Source: Bacteroidia bacterium (GTDB taxonomy: Bacteria; Bacteroidota; Bacteroidia; AKYH767-A; OLB10). From it: a stretch of DNA of 64,000 nt. Under the pieces are notes generated by a model, which worked only from the letters and a program-made list of their open reading frames with translations, ran no database searches and was not told the DNA's origin. The stretch lies in contig JBBQED010000009.1 of assembly GCA_038320345.1 (NCBI GenBank), positions 64,190-128,189 of the forward strand, written 5' to 3'. The position numbers and the translations under genes were made by a program. Positions 10,377 to 21,533 of the stretch are shown piece after piece (position 1 is the first letter of the stretch; each line of letters begins with the position of its first letter).

Positions 10377-10455
10377 AAATTAGAATAGAATTCCTCGAAA
10401 ACTATTAACCATTGATAATCAATAATTTTGATGGTGTTTCAGTGAATTAATTTTT

Positions 10456-10463
10456 ACTGTATC
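10456..10463 (+). promoter_or_regulatory. candidate Bacteroidota sigma-A -7 box (TAnnTTTG)
   Basis: An exact TATCTTTG lies about 40 nt upstream of the TPR-gene start at 10504. No good -33 TTG was found at the canonical spacing. Confidence 0.3.
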
Positions 10464-10503
10464 TTTGCACTTCTTAAAAAAAACACCTACCCCCTTCCCA
10501 ACC

Positions 10504-11184
10504 ATGTCAGAAGAGAAACAGGAAGGCCTCGATATCACCGAGCGCATCGACCGGGCCGAACATTATGTCCGGGATAACAAGAAAAGCTTAACCATCATTG
10601 GTGGTGCTGCTGTAGCGGTAATTGCTGCTTACTTTGGATACAATCAGTTCATTGTAAAACCACAGGAAGAAAACGCACAGAAAGAAATGTTTGTAGCTGA
10701 ACGTTATTTCGATCAGGACAGCACTAATCTGGCTATCAAAGGTGATGGCAGCTACCCAGGCTTTGAAGAGATCACTGCTAACTACGGTTCTTCTCATTCA
10801 GGAAATCTAGCTCAGTATTATCTCGGAATTAGCTGCCTGAAAAAAGGCGAATACGCAAAAGCAATTGAAGCATTAAAAAGTTATGATGCTGAAGATGATG
10901 TTACCGGTGCTTTAGCATTAGGTGGAATCGGAAGTGCAAATCTTGAATTGGGAAATGCAGACGAAGCCTTGAAATATTATAAGAAAGCTGCTGACTGGGA
11001 TGAAAATAATTTCACCCGTCCTTTGTTCTTAATGAAAACGGCAATCGTTTTAGAAGATAAAAAAGATTTCAAAGGTGCACTCGCCATTTACGAGCAGATA
11101 AAAAAAGATTTTCCAACGTCTACTGAAGCACGTGATATAGATAAATATATCGGTCGCGCCGAAGCACTTTCAGGAGGAAACTAA
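10504..11184 (+). CDS. membrane-anchored tetratricopeptide-repeat protein
   Basis: N-terminal TM segment (LTIIGGAAVAVIAAYFGY) followed by TPR-like helices. The start is at the ATG at 10504 (MSEEK). Confidence 0.55.
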   Translation: MSEEKQEGLDITERIDRAEHYVRDNKKSLTIIGGAAVAVIAAYFGYNQFIVKPQEENAQKEMFVAERYFDQDSTNLAIKGDGSYPGFEEITANYGSSHSGNLAQYYLGISCLKKGEYAKAIEALKSYDAEDDVTGALALGGIGSANLELGNADEALKYYKKAADWDENNFTRPLFLMKTAIVLEDKKDFKGALAIYEQIKKDFPTSTEARDIDKYIGRAEALSGGN

Positions 11185-11188
11185 GAAC

Positions 11189-11674
11189 ATGTCATCAGCA
11201 CATCAGTCGCTGTCGGTTTCTCAAGATAAACCATTACCCGATGCCGGACCCTACAGGTTCGGCATTGTTGTAGCTGAATGGAATCATGAGATTACCAGTT
11301 CACTAGAAAAAGCGGCCTTGGAAACATTGCTGCATGCAGGTGCACTTCGTGAAAATATCATCCTCATCAAAGTACCGGGAAGTTTTGAATTAACCGCTGG
11401 TGCTGCACTCCTTGCAAGTAGAAAAGATTTACATGCTGTGATTTGTTTGGGTTGTGTGATTCAAGGTGAAACACGTCACTTTGATTTTATCTGTCAAGCC
11501 GTAGCACTAGGATTAACAGAACTAACGGTGAAGTATAGCCGTCCTTTTATTTTTGGTGTACTTACTACTGACACTATGCAACAAGCCATCGATCGTTCGG
11601 GTGGTAAACATGGAAATAAAGGTGTAGAAGCTGCAGCAACTGCTATCAAAATGGCAGTCTTGCAACCCGATTAA
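11189..11674 (+). CDS. ribH: 6,7-dimethyl-8-ribityllumazine synthase
   Basis: FGIVVAEWNHEIT...VPGSFELT...ICLGCVIQGETRHFD signature, and a length of about 160 aa. Confidence 0.85.
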   Translation: MSSAHQSLSVSQDKPLPDAGPYRFGIVVAEWNHEITSSLEKAALETLLHAGALRENIILIKVPGSFELTAGAALLASRKDLHAVICLGCVIQGETRHFDFICQAVALGLTELTVKYSRPFIFGVLTTDTMQQAIDRSGGKHGNKGVEAAATAIKMAVLQPD

Positions 11675-11686
11675 TTCGGAGTTAAA

Positions 11687-14602
11687 TTAACTTTCAGAAA
11701 TTGCTTTGCTCTTCAGAAAGCGACCGAGACTTTCATAAAGTTCTGCGGGAGTAAATGGTTTTCCAATATGAGCATCCATACCCACTGAAAGACTCTTCAT
11801 GATATCTTCTTTAAAAACATTTGCACTCACCCCAATAATCGGAAAAGCAAGTCCTTTCATTTGGCGAATCATCAATGTTGCCTGATAACCATCCATCACC
11901 GGCATCTGAATATCTAGCAAGGCGGCATCGAAATATTTTTCTTCCAATGCTTCAACAGCAAGTTTACCATTTTCAACAATCGTAACTTTACAATTCATCC
12001 CTTCCAATACTTTCCGCATCAGCAATTGATTTATTGGATTATCTTCTGCAACTAGAATTTCTGGTGCTTCTTCAAAATAGAATTTATTATTGCTATTACC
12101 TGTTGAACTTTGCTTTTTTACGGCAGTCCCCACACCTACTTCAATGGTAAACCAAAAATCAGAGCCTGGATTTCCGGATGTGGAAGCTAATTTTCCGGGA
12201 CTTTGGATACCTGCATCACCACCCATCAACATAGAAAGTTGACGAGTAATGGCTAAACCAAGACCCGTTCCGCCGTATTTACGCGTCGTAGAACTATCCG
12301 CCTGTGTAAATAAATCAAAAATATGATCTTGTTTTTCCTTTGCAACACCAATTCCCGTATCAGAAACCGTGAAGCGAAGTTTAAATCTACCTTTAGCAGA
12401 AGTCGAATTCGCAATTATTTCTGTGTGGAGATGAATTTTTCCATGACGTGTAAATTTCAATGCATTGGAAATATAATTCACCATAAGTTGACGAGTTCGA
12501 TGAGGATCGCCAGTGATCCACTCTGGAATATTATTATCCATATCGAAAGTGAACACAACACCATTTTCCTTCGCTTGTAAAATATAAGGAGATAATGCAG
12601 TTTTTATCAGATCACGAATTTCGAAGTTCGTTTGTTCTACTATTAATTTTCCATGTTCAATTTTATTGAAGTCTAGAATATCATTAAGTAACAGTAATAA
12701 TGCATCGCCGGAATTACGAATATGTTTCAGATATTCCATTTGTTGTGCATCATTACTTTCACGCAGCAGCACATCTGCAAAACCGAGAATTCCGTTGAGT
12801 GGAGTTCTGATTTCATGACTCATATTCGCAAGGAATACACTCTTCGAACGATTTGCGAGTTCTGCTTGTTCTTTAGATTCGACCAAACGACGCTCATTAA
12901 GTTTCTGATCGGTAGTATCCAATACAGTTCCGGAAATAATTTTCACACTATTATGCCGACTAAGTACAGGCACTGCCTTCGCCTTTATAAAACGAACTTC
13001 ATCAAAGTTGCCGGTCAGTCTGAAATCGAGTTCTGCAGGTTGATGTGTTTTACGAAGCAAGCGAATAGCATTCATCACAGCAGGAAGATCCTGAGGATAT
13101 ATTTTACTAAGGAAACTTCTCAAGGTTAACGATTGCATCGACATTCTCAAGCCAAACAACTCAATCAGCTGCTCCGACCATGCACACTTTTTAGAAACAG
13201 GATCATACTCCCAGCTACCCAATTTTGAGATACGTTGTGCTTCTGTCAGTTGATGACGATGACGTTGCAATACAGCATTTGCATCCTGAATAGTACTATT
13301 CTTAGCTTCAATCTCCTTACTTTTCTGATTGATTTCTTCGTTTTTCAAGCGCACCTCTGCAAATTTCCGCATCAGCTCTCTATTAACTCTTCTTTTATCG
13401 CGATAAGCTTTATATATAATTGTAGCGAGGATTAATGAAAAAGAGAGGGAAAGAAATAATCCATTTCTGAACTTAATCAATCGTGTGTTATAATATTCTA
13501 TGCTTGCTTTATTCTTTTCAAGATGATCAATTTGAGCCTGCTTCTTTTCCGACTCAAACTTTTCACGGATATCTTGCATCATCGAAGCCGATTTCTGATC
13601 GATTAGAAAATTATTCACTTTAATAAATGTATCCTGGTAATACAATGCTTCCGAATAATTTCCCATTAAACGATACACCAGAGCCAGTTCTTTCGCAGAA
13701 TTTTCAATCAGTTTTTTCTCATCCAGCTCTAATGCCATCTTAAAAGCCATGGTTTGATGATGCAAGGCACTATCCAGCTCATCTGTTAACCGAAATGTTT
13801 GAGCGAGATAATGATGAGCATAAGCATTATTGGCTAGATACTCATCCCCATTCAACTTTATAGCTTTATAAAAAGCTTTCTTGGCGTGTTTAAAATCGGA
13901 AGTAGAATTATGAAGCCGACCAATATTTATCCAGGTATCGGTCATATTATATACATTATTCTGGGCGCTATCAATCTTTAAGCTGATATTAAAATAATAC
14001 AAAGCAGAATCAGGTTTATGCAGATCCAACATGAGTTCACCCATATTACTAATCTCTCTACCGATTCCTTTTTTATAATTCAACGATAGATCTATAGCTA
14101 ATGCTCTTTGAAGATATTCCCTCGCCAGATCATAACTACCTTTTTCCTCGTAGAGCAGCGCAATATTATTAATAGCAAGTGCGACACCTCTCTGCACACG
14201 CGGATCAGTATTATCCGTCATTTTAGAAGCCCGCAGATAATTATCCAATGACTTATGCACCTGACCTAACTTTTTATATGCAGATCCGAGATGATTTAAT
14301 GCGTAAACCTTACCATAAGCAAAATTCAGTTTTTCTGATATTTCGTAGGCTTCATGAGCATACACTACAGCTTGCTTTGGATTATTATAACGGAAATAAA
14401 ATGATGCTGTTTCCAGCATATTCACCCGAATCGTATCCGGAGCAGGATAGTTACTGATAGCAAGAGTCAGAGAATCTCCTGTAGTTCCATCACGAGGAAT
14501 AGCCATTAGACTAGAGGAAAACGCCATACAAAACAGGAAAAATCGCAGGAAAACACCAGCGAATCCCTTTTGCGAATGAGGAATATTTATAAAAGTAGCC
14601 AT
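11687..14602 (-). CDS. hybrid sensor histidine kinase/response regulator with N-terminal TPR repeats
   Basis: Signal/TM segment, TPR helices, a coiled coil, a PAS domain, HisKA (MSHEIRTPLNGILGF), HATPase (DTGIGV...GGTGLGL) and a C-terminal REC domain (ILVAEDNPINQ...D). Confidence 0.8.
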   Translation of the reverse strand: MATFINIPHSQKGFAGVFLRFFLFCMAFSSSLMAIPRDGTTGDSLTLAISNYPAPDTIRVNMLETASFYFRYNNPKQAVVYAHEAYEISEKLNFAYGKVYALNHLGSAYKKLGQVHKSLDNYLRASKMTDNTDPRVQRGVALAINNIALLYEEKGSYDLAREYLQRALAIDLSLNYKKGIGREISNMGELMLDLHKPDSALYYFNISLKIDSAQNNVYNMTDTWINIGRLHNSTSDFKHAKKAFYKAIKLNGDEYLANNAYAHHYLAQTFRLTDELDSALHHQTMAFKMALELDEKKLIENSAKELALVYRLMGNYSEALYYQDTFIKVNNFLIDQKSASMMQDIREKFESEKKQAQIDHLEKNKASIEYYNTRLIKFRNGLFLSLSFSLILATIIYKAYRDKRRVNRELMRKFAEVRLKNEEINQKSKEIEAKNSTIQDANAVLQRHRHQLTEAQRISKLGSWEYDPVSKKCAWSEQLIELFGLRMSMQSLTLRSFLSKIYPQDLPAVMNAIRLLRKTHQPAELDFRLTGNFDEVRFIKAKAVPVLSRHNSVKIISGTVLDTTDQKLNERRLVESKEQAELANRSKSVFLANMSHEIRTPLNGILGFADVLLRESNDAQQMEYLKHIRNSGDALLLLLNDILDFNKIEHGKLIVEQTNFEIRDLIKTALSPYILQAKENGVVFTFDMDNNIPEWITGDPHRTRQLMVNYISNALKFTRHGKIHLHTEIIANSTSAKGRFKLRFTVSDTGIGVAKEKQDHIFDLFTQADSSTTRKYGGTGLGLAITRQLSMLMGGDAGIQSPGKLASTSGNPGSDFWFTIEVGVGTAVKKQSSTGNSNNKFYFEEAPEILVAEDNPINQLLMRKVLEGMNCKVTIVENGKLAVEALEEKYFDAALLDIQMPVMDGYQATLMIRQMKGLAFPIIGVSANVFKEDIMKSLSVGMDAHIGKPFTPAELYESLGRFLKSKAISES

Positions 14603-14699
14603 AAATTACAAATCAATACGAAAATGAGAATGAAAGGTTCCTTACTTCACCTAAAACTTACAAGATTTAACTTATTTTCGGGGTATAAACATACCTCCT

Positions 14700-15137
14700 A
14701 TGAAGCCTAAAAATCTGATACTCGCCGTTGCAGCATTAAGTTTGCTCAGTTTCCATACAAATGCTCAAACCAAAACTGCTCCGAAAACCCAGCCTAAAAC
14801 ACCAGTCATTAAGAACTGCCACGTCCCAGTAGATTCTTTATCGACACAAAAAATTACATTAATAGACGCACAAGCGTGGGCAGATAAATTACCGTTAGAA
14901 GTTAAATGTGAAAAGACCATGTATTATTTGAAGTCCTTTGATTTCACTATAATTAATATGAGTCCAATGTCAACAAAAAATTTCGGGACTGGCAATGATG
15001 GAATTCCACTACTGGCGAGAAGAGCTATCGATGCCCTGAAAACAGGAGACACTGTGTTTTTGAAAGATGTGATTGCCAAAGATAAAGATGGTAATGAAGT
15101 AAAGCTACCTAGCGTAGTATTCGCAATAAAAGATTAA
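14700..15137 (+). CDS. hypothetical secreted protein
   Basis: Signal peptide MKPKNLILAVAALSLLSFHTNAQ. It is followed by a terminator hairpin. Confidence 0.4.
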   Translation: MKPKNLILAVAALSLLSFHTNAQTKTAPKTQPKTPVIKNCHVPVDSLSTQKITLIDAQAWADKLPLEVKCEKTMYYLKSFDFTIINMSPMSTKNFGTGNDGIPLLARRAIDALKTGDTVFLKDVIAKDKDGNEVKLPSVVFAIKD

Positions 15138-15146
15138 AAAAAAGAG

Positions 15147-15200
15147 TGCATTAATATATTACGGCATCAACTATATTAATGCCCTTCCAATTTTTATTTT
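15147..15200 (+). terminator. hairpin terminator. It may act in both directions, because nrdJ converges here
   Basis: 11-bp perfect inverted repeat GCATTAATATA...TATATTAATGC followed by a T-rich run. Confidence 0.45.
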
Positions 15201-15404
15201 TATCAATATCGATGAGGTTTGATTTACAACCGCAATAGCTTTCGGGATTCGAATCATACTACTTGTTATTGCGTGTACGAATAATATATATCGCAATTAC
15301 CAAGGTGACTTCATGGAATAAACCCCATGAACAATCTAAGCACTAAAGAATCAAATGACCTTTTCAAATCATCAACCTAACTTAAAATCACATCACATCG
15401 TTCA

Positions 15405-18400
15405 TTAGCTACATCCCATACTAGTCCCGCAATTCAAACATTTATAACAGGAACCGGAACGCACGGTAATATGTCCGCAGGTACCGCAAATAGGTGCATC
15501 ACCCATCATTTGACCGAGGTAATCCTGAGTTTGATCAGAGCCGGGAACACTGTAGGTAATACTCTCGGCTAGGGATGTTAAATCGGAATCCTGCTTTTGT
15601 TTTTTAGGACGATTAGTGGCGGAAGAAGGTTTCACTTGTACCAGATCTTGACGATCAAGATACTCGAGTGCGAGCAAACGGAACACATAATCAATTACGG
15701 AGGTAGCTGTTTTTATATTCTGGTGATCTACAGGTCCAGAGGGCTCGAAACGAGTGAAGGTAAATTTCTCCACAAATTCTTCCAATGGAACACCATATTG
15801 CAATCCAATACTCACTGCAATAGCGAAGCAATTTAGTAAAGAGCGAAAACTTGCCCCTTCTTTATGCAAATCAATAAACATCTCCCCTAATGTTTGGTCA
15901 TCATATTCTCCTGTACGCACAAAAATTGTATGTCCACCCACTTTTGCCTTCTGCGTAAATCCTCCTCTTTTATCAGGGAGGCGTTTACGATGAGCAATGC
16001 TCGACAACTGACGTTTGAAAGAAGTATCGGTTGATAACTGTATTAATTTCTTTGCAGCATCTAAGACTTGTTCTTCAGAAAGTTCAGCAACCGACAATGG
16101 CGAAGACTTACTAGAAGAAGCACTACTGCTCAAGGGCTGAGATAATTTACTTCCATCACGGTATAATGCAATTGCTTTTAAACCAAGTAACCAAGATTGA
16201 AAATAACAATTTCGGATATCATCAACAGTAGCTTCATGAGGGAGATTAATCGTTTTTGAAATAGCACCTGAGAGAAAAGGTTGAGTAGCCGCCATCATAC
16301 GTACATGTCCCATAGGTGCAATGAATCGCTTACCCTCTTTTCCACAACGATTGGCGCAATCAAAAATCGGCAAATGTTCTGCACGAAGAAAGGGAGCTCC
16401 TTCCACTGTCATTGCTCCACACACTACCCGATTTGCTTCCCCAATTTGATGATCTGTAAATCCAAGATGTTGTAAGAGATCAAATCCATGTTGATGACGT
16501 AACACTTTGGAAATGCCTAATCGTTCATACAGATTTTCATTCAGCATATACGTGGTAAACAAAAAGCGGATATCAAATACTGTTGCAGCAGCATCATTGA
16601 GAATCTTTAAATCAACAGGTTGAAATCCTTTTGCAGCTAATGATTCATTATTAATAAAAGGAGCATTCAAAAACGAAGCCGTACCACAGGCATAATCGAT
16701 TATGGCGTTAATTTGTTCCTCTTTATATCCTAACTTTTTCAAAGCAGGTGGAACAGCTTGATTTACAATTTTGAAATAACCTCCTCCTGATAATTTTTTA
16801 AATTTCACGAGTGCAAAATCAGGTTCCACACCCGTAGTATCACAATCCATCAGCAATCCTATGGTTCCAGTAGGTGCTAATACACTCACTTGAGCATTTC
16901 GAAAACCATAAAGCTCTCCTAATTCAAGAACTTCATCCCATGCTTTGCAAGAGGCAGAAAGCAAGTCGGCGGGACAATATGCAGGATCAATTCCAATGGG
17001 ATTGATTTGTAATCCTTCATACGCATCTGAAGAATGATAAGCGGCATAACGATGATTGCGCATGACTCTCAACATTGCATGACGGTTAGCATCATACTTG
17101 GTAAACGCCCCAAACTCCTTCGCCATTTCCGCAGATGTTTTATAGGCAGTAGCAGTCATGATTGAAGTAAGTGCTGCAGCAATTGCTCTAGCTTTCTCAC
17201 TATCATAAGCGAGTCCTTGAATCATCAGCAATGATCCAAGATTTGCATATCCCAATCCGAGTGTACGGTAATCGAAAGAGTTCTGAGCAACTTCAGCTGA
17301 AGGATATTGAGCCATCAACACAGAAATCTCTAAGACAACTGTCCACAAACGACTGGCATGTTCGAAGCCCATGATATCGAACGTACTTGTTTCCTCATTA
17401 AAAAAATGACGAAGATTCAAAGAGGCGAGATTACAAGCAGTATCATCCAGAAACATATATTCCGAACAAGGATTAGAAGCATTAATTCTTCCTCCCTCAG
17501 GACAAGTATGCCATTCATTAATCGTAGAATCGAATTGCAATCCTGGATCGGCACAACTCCATGCAGCAGAAGCAATCTGATCCCATAGGCTAGAAGCGGG
17601 AATAGATTTCAGCACGCTTTTATCACTACGTGCAGTCAGATTCCAATTTTGATGATGCGCCAATGCTTCAAAAAAAGAATTAGGAACGCGAATAGAGTTA
17701 TTAGAATTTTGGCCGGAAACGGTACGATAAGCCTCACCTTCATAAGCAGCAGAATATCCTGCTTCAATTAAGGCAGCAACTTTTTTTTCTTCATCCGATT
17801 TCCAATTGATAAACGCTTCCACTTCTGGATGATCCATATCGAGACAAACCATCTTTGCTGCGCGACGTGTAGTACCTCCTGACTTGATAGCACCTGCTGC
17901 ACGATCACCGATTTTCAAGAACGACATCAGTCCTGAAGAATAACCACCGCCTGAAAGTTTTTCTGACTCACCACGCAAGGAAGAAAAATTAGTTCCCACG
18001 CCAGAACCATATTTAAATATGCGCGCTTCTCGTACCCACAGATCCATAATTCCTCCAGGATTCACGAGATCATCCTTAACCGATAAAATAAAACATGCAT
18101 GCGGCTGCGGATGTTCGTAGGCAGAGGTAGATTGCTTCAATTGCTGATCAGCAGGATCCACAAAATAATGCCCTTGAGCATCTCCTTTTATTCCATAGGA
18201 ATTATATAATCCTGTATTAAACCATTGGGGAGAATTTGGCGCAGCATATTGACCGAGCAACATAAAAGATACCTCATCATAAAATACTTGAGCATCAGTA
18301 TCAGTTTTAAAATAACCATACTTTTCGCCCCAAAACTTCCAGCAATCTGCTAAACGGTGAACCACCTGACGAATACTGTTTTCGGCACCAGTACTACCAT

Positions 18401-18674
18401 CCGATAATGGAACTCCCGTTCTGCGGAAATATTTTTGCGCTAAAATATCTGTCGCTACTTGCGACCATGAATCAGGAACTTCAACATCCTTCATTTCGAA
18501 AACCACATCGCCTAAAGGATTTCGAATAATAGAACTTCGCTTTACATACTTATACTGCTCAAACGGAGTTTGATGATCATTCGTAAAAACGCGTTGAAAA
18601 GAGAGTCCACTATTTGCTGGAGATTTAACATTTCTGGATGCGCTATTTTTTTTCATGGCTGTAAGATTTAACAC
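15405..18674 (-). CDS. nrdJ: adenosylcobalamin-dependent (class II) ribonucleotide reductase
   Basis: About 1090 aa, with an RNR active-site region (NPCSEY...) and a C-terminal Cys-rich zinc ribbon CGTCGH...CYKCLNCG. Confidence 0.9.
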   Translation of the reverse strand: MLNLTAMKKNSASRNVKSPANSGLSFQRVFTNDHQTPFEQYKYVKRSSIIRNPLGDVVFEMKDVEVPDSWSQVATDILAQKYFRRTGVPLSDGSTGAENSIRQVVHRLADCWKFWGEKYGYFKTDTDAQVFYDEVSFMLLGQYAAPNSPQWFNTGLYNSYGIKGDAQGHYFVDPADQQLKQSTSAYEHPQPHACFILSVKDDLVNPGGIMDLWVREARIFKYGSGVGTNFSSLRGESEKLSGGGYSSGLMSFLKIGDRAAGAIKSGGTTRRAAKMVCLDMDHPEVEAFINWKSDEEKKVAALIEAGYSAAYEGEAYRTVSGQNSNNSIRVPNSFFEALAHHQNWNLTARSDKSVLKSIPASSLWDQIASAAWSCADPGLQFDSTINEWHTCPEGGRINASNPCSEYMFLDDTACNLASLNLRHFFNEETSTFDIMGFEHASRLWTVVLEISVLMAQYPSAEVAQNSFDYRTLGLGYANLGSLLMIQGLAYDSEKARAIAAALTSIMTATAYKTSAEMAKEFGAFTKYDANRHAMLRVMRNHRYAAYHSSDAYEGLQINPIGIDPAYCPADLLSASCKAWDEVLELGELYGFRNAQVSVLAPTGTIGLLMDCDTTGVEPDFALVKFKKLSGGGYFKIVNQAVPPALKKLGYKEEQINAIIDYACGTASFLNAPFINNESLAAKGFQPVDLKILNDAAATVFDIRFLFTTYMLNENLYERLGISKVLRHQHGFDLLQHLGFTDHQIGEANRVVCGAMTVEGAPFLRAEHLPIFDCANRCGKEGKRFIAPMGHVRMMAATQPFLSGAISKTINLPHEATVDDIRNCYFQSWLLGLKAIALYRDGSKLSQPLSSSASSSKSSPLSVAELSEEQVLDAAKKLIQLSTDTSFKRQLSSIAHRKRLPDKRGGFTQKAKVGGHTIFVRTGEYDDQTLGEMFIDLHKEGASFRSLLNCFAIAVSIGLQYGVPLEEFVEKFTFTRFEPSGPVDHQNIKTATSVIDYVFRLLALEYLDRQDLVQVKPSSATNRPKKQKQDSDLTSLAESITYSVPGSDQTQDYLGQMMGDAPICGTCGHITVRSGSCYKCLNCGTSMGCS

Positions 18675-18871
18675 TACGAAGGTGAAAGAGAAACGATATT
18701 TTCCAAATGAGTAGCCTCAGTTTGCTTGAATTTTTATGAACACTTTGTTAACACAAGGTAAGGACATTGCTTAAATTGATGATAAAAATCAAGTGCCAAA
18801 GATCTACCTCTACAATAAAAGTATTTCAGTTTATCGAGTGCGCTATTTCGAAGTAATCCACAATAAAAAGC

Positions 18872-20092
18872 TTATCGTTTGATTTGCAATCCCTCCGCAA
18901 TATGTTGCAAGGCTGCAATTGAACATGAAAGCACCAAACCGGGGAAGAGCACCAACCACCAAGCTGATACTTGTTCTTTACCCGATGCAAGAAGTGTTCC
19001 CCACGTTACCGTTCCCGGTGGAACGCCTAGTCCTAAAAAACTCAACGAAGATTCTATTAAAATATTGAGTGCAATCGAAAATACAAACATCACAGCAAGT
19101 GCAGGAACAGCATTGGGTAAAACATGTTTCCATAAAATCCGAAATGTTCCTGCCCCACTTAAGCGAGCAGCATCCAAATAATTAAATGAACTGACGCGCA
19201 AAATTTCTGTTCTTACTAAACGCGCCATGTCGGCCCAGCCAGTCAGTGTGAGTAGAATGACAACATTCAACCAAGAAGGTTTTAAAAAACCTGCAAACAC
19301 CAATACAATTAGAATTTTGGGGAAAGTAGAAAACAACTCTGTGATTCGCGTAATGAAAGGATCTATCGACAAACGAAATGTTTTATTAAAAAATGATATG
19401 CTTTCAACCATTTTGCTCATTCCATAGCCCACTAAAAATAAAAGTAGTACCATCAAACCTCTCCAAAAAAAATTACCACCAGGTAAATGATTCATCAATA
19501 GAATATGGAGTATGAATGGAAGTACGATTACTGTACTCCAGAACTTCCCCCGCCTAATATACCACCCTGTGACACTCAGCCAACCGGAGATTCCACCCAA
19601 GAATAAACCTACTAGCGCTCCGCAAATCGAAGATAACAATCCAATGGCTAAAGAAATTCTTGCGCCATACAAAATTCCCGAGAGCACATCAGTACCTCTT
19701 AGATCAGTTCCTAACCAATGCCAATTTCGGATAGGCAGACCCGTTAGTGTACCATTTGATTGACGTGTGAGCTGTTCATCGAAAGGTCCCTTATAACCAC
19801 TGTTCAATAAATCACTTTCTCCCGGAGAATAAGGGATCAGCGCATGTATCACGAAGGCATCAGGATTATCATCCCAGTTTTTGAAATCTTGTAAGCCTAC
19901 ATTACCTCTCCCCCACTCTGTTAGCGCTGGAAAGTGAAATCCATCTCCATCCTTCACGAGTAAGGGCTGACGAGTTGCGATGATGGGTGATAAAAGTGCT
20001 AGCGCAAACAAGAACACGATATACCTCACGGCGATCCTGAAACTTAGAGATCTCCAAGCCATTCGGAAACGAGTAAATCGTTTTTCACTCAT
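18872..20092 (-). CDS. ABC transporter permease, peptide/nickel family (DppC/OppC-like)
   Basis: EAA-loop region SFNYLDAARLSGAGTFRILWKHVLPN and multiple TM segments. The start is trimmed to the ATG at 20092, giving an 8-bp overlap with the upstream permease. Confidence 0.8.
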   Translation of the reverse strand: MSEKRFTRFRMAWRSLSFRIAVRYIVFLFALALLSPIIATRQPLLVKDGDGFHFPALTEWGRGNVGLQDFKNWDDNPDAFVIHALIPYSPGESDLLNSGYKGPFDEQLTRQSNGTLTGLPIRNWHWLGTDLRGTDVLSGILYGARISLAIGLLSSICGALVGLFLGGISGWLSVTGWYIRRGKFWSTVIVLPFILHILLMNHLPGGNFFWRGLMVLLLFLVGYGMSKMVESISFFNKTFRLSIDPFITRITELFSTFPKILIVLVFAGFLKPSWLNVVILLTLTGWADMARLVRTEILRVSSFNYLDAARLSGAGTFRILWKHVLPNAVPALAVMFVFSIALNILIESSLSFLGLGVPPGTVTWGTLLASGKEQVSAWWLVLFPGLVLSCSIAALQHIAEGLQIKR

Positions 20093-21524
20093 AACCCGAT
20101 GCCGTCTTTTGAATCCTGATCCGTGGATCAATAAAAGTAAAGATGAAATCACTCATCATAAATGCTAGAATGGTAATCGCACCTGTCAAAATAAAATATC
20201 CAATCATCATAGGATGATCTTCCAATTGGACCGAATGCACTAAACCTGTACCCATTCCAGGTAATGAAAAAATATTTTCAATGAGTAAACTCCCACTCAC
20301 CATTACCGGTAAAGCTCCAATCGTAATGGTAAGTAGTGGAAGTATGCTATTGCGCAATGCATGTTTATATAATACCTTGTTTTCATGAAGACCTTTTGCT
20401 CTGGCAGTCTGAATATAATCCATCTCAAGCTCCTGCAACAAGGAAGCTTGCAAAATGCGCGAAAGGAAAATTATAGCACCATAGATATAACAAATCACTG
20501 GCAACACAAAGTAGGGTAAGCTTATCAGGAACCGATTCCACCATGAGCTATCCGCAGGGAAACCACCTTGAGGAGCGATGCCTGATGCAGGAAACCATTT
20601 CAGGAAATCAGGATTCGCAAAAGTCATCAATAATAAAGTACCCATCCAAAATAAAGGAATTGCATAGATAAAAATCATGGAAGGTTGAATAATTTTTACT
20701 AGCTGAGTATGTTTATATCGAATGAGGCTAATTGCAATTGGTATTGAAATTAAAAAACAAATTAGTATCGACCATAAAGAAATTTTTAGGGTTAACAGAA
20801 ACGGGTTTTTAATTTCATCTTTCACAAAACTTTGCGTGCGGTACGACTTCCCTAAATCCCCACGAAGTGCTCCTCTGCTATACAACGCACCTTCACCCGT
20901 TAACCAGTTACCATCGCCAAACAACCAATAGTGAAACTGATTATCGAAGGTAAAATGGATCTCGGGAATCCAATTCTTCCAAGGTTTTGAATGACTCAAC
21001 AAATCCAACAATTCCTTATTAACTTCTGCTACTCGAAATGCGGATGCAGAATTCTTCCACGCAGGATTATTTAATAAGATACGAAGCTGTTCTACAGAAC
21101 TTGCTCTCGGTAAAAAAGCAGCAAGATCATTTACTTTAGGATCAGGATCTGTTAATGCAACTAATTGCAACTGCGCAAGAAGTTGATAAAAAACAATCGA
21201 CTTTTCTGGACAACCACTTATCGCACTTAACTCAATTAACTGTTCGCTTTTGTATTTATCAGGAAGTCGATAAAAGGAATCCGGGACTGCTAATCCCGAC
21301 CAACTCCAATAAAATACTTGACGATCATATCTCAATTTACGATACAATTGCTCATATCGCTTTATATAAAAGTCCTCTTTAATTTGAGAAGAGGATATGT
21401 TGGCTCCAAGTTGTTGCCTCACTGCTTCACGAGGAGAGATCCGAGTCAGCAAAAAACCACAAATTGCAATGCCTGCCAGAGCTATCACGAAAGACAGAAA
21501 TCGCCGGAACAGGTGGCTTACCAT
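20085..21524 (-). CDS. ABC transporter permease, peptide/nickel family (DppB/OppB-like) with an extended periplasmic N-domain
   Basis: C-terminal permease core: YIQTARAKGLHENKVLYKHALRNSILP. Confidence 0.8.
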   Translation of the reverse strand: MVSHLFRRFLSFVIALAGIAICGFLLTRISPREAVRQQLGANISSSQIKEDFYIKRYEQLYRKLRYDRQVFYWSWSGLAVPDSFYRLPDKYKSEQLIELSAISGCPEKSIVFYQLLAQLQLVALTDPDPKVNDLAAFLPRASSVEQLRILLNNPAWKNSASAFRVAEVNKELLDLLSHSKPWKNWIPEIHFTFDNQFHYWLFGDGNWLTGEGALYSRGALRGDLGKSYRTQSFVKDEIKNPFLLTLKISLWSILICFLISIPIAISLIRYKHTQLVKIIQPSMIFIYAIPLFWMGTLLLMTFANPDFLKWFPASGIAPQGGFPADSSWWNRFLISLPYFVLPVICYIYGAIIFLSRILQASLLQELEMDYIQTARAKGLHENKVLYKHALRNSILPLLTITIGALPVMVSGSLLIENIFSLPGMGTGLVHSVQLEDHPMMIGYFILTGAITILAFMMSDFIFTFIDPRIRIQKTASGYE

Positions 21525-21533
21525 GCGCGGAAG

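Noticed and set aside
18675-18871. Possible cobalamin riboswitch in the nrdJ leader
   Set aside because: No B12-box (GCCACTG) or other conserved riboswitch elements are visible.
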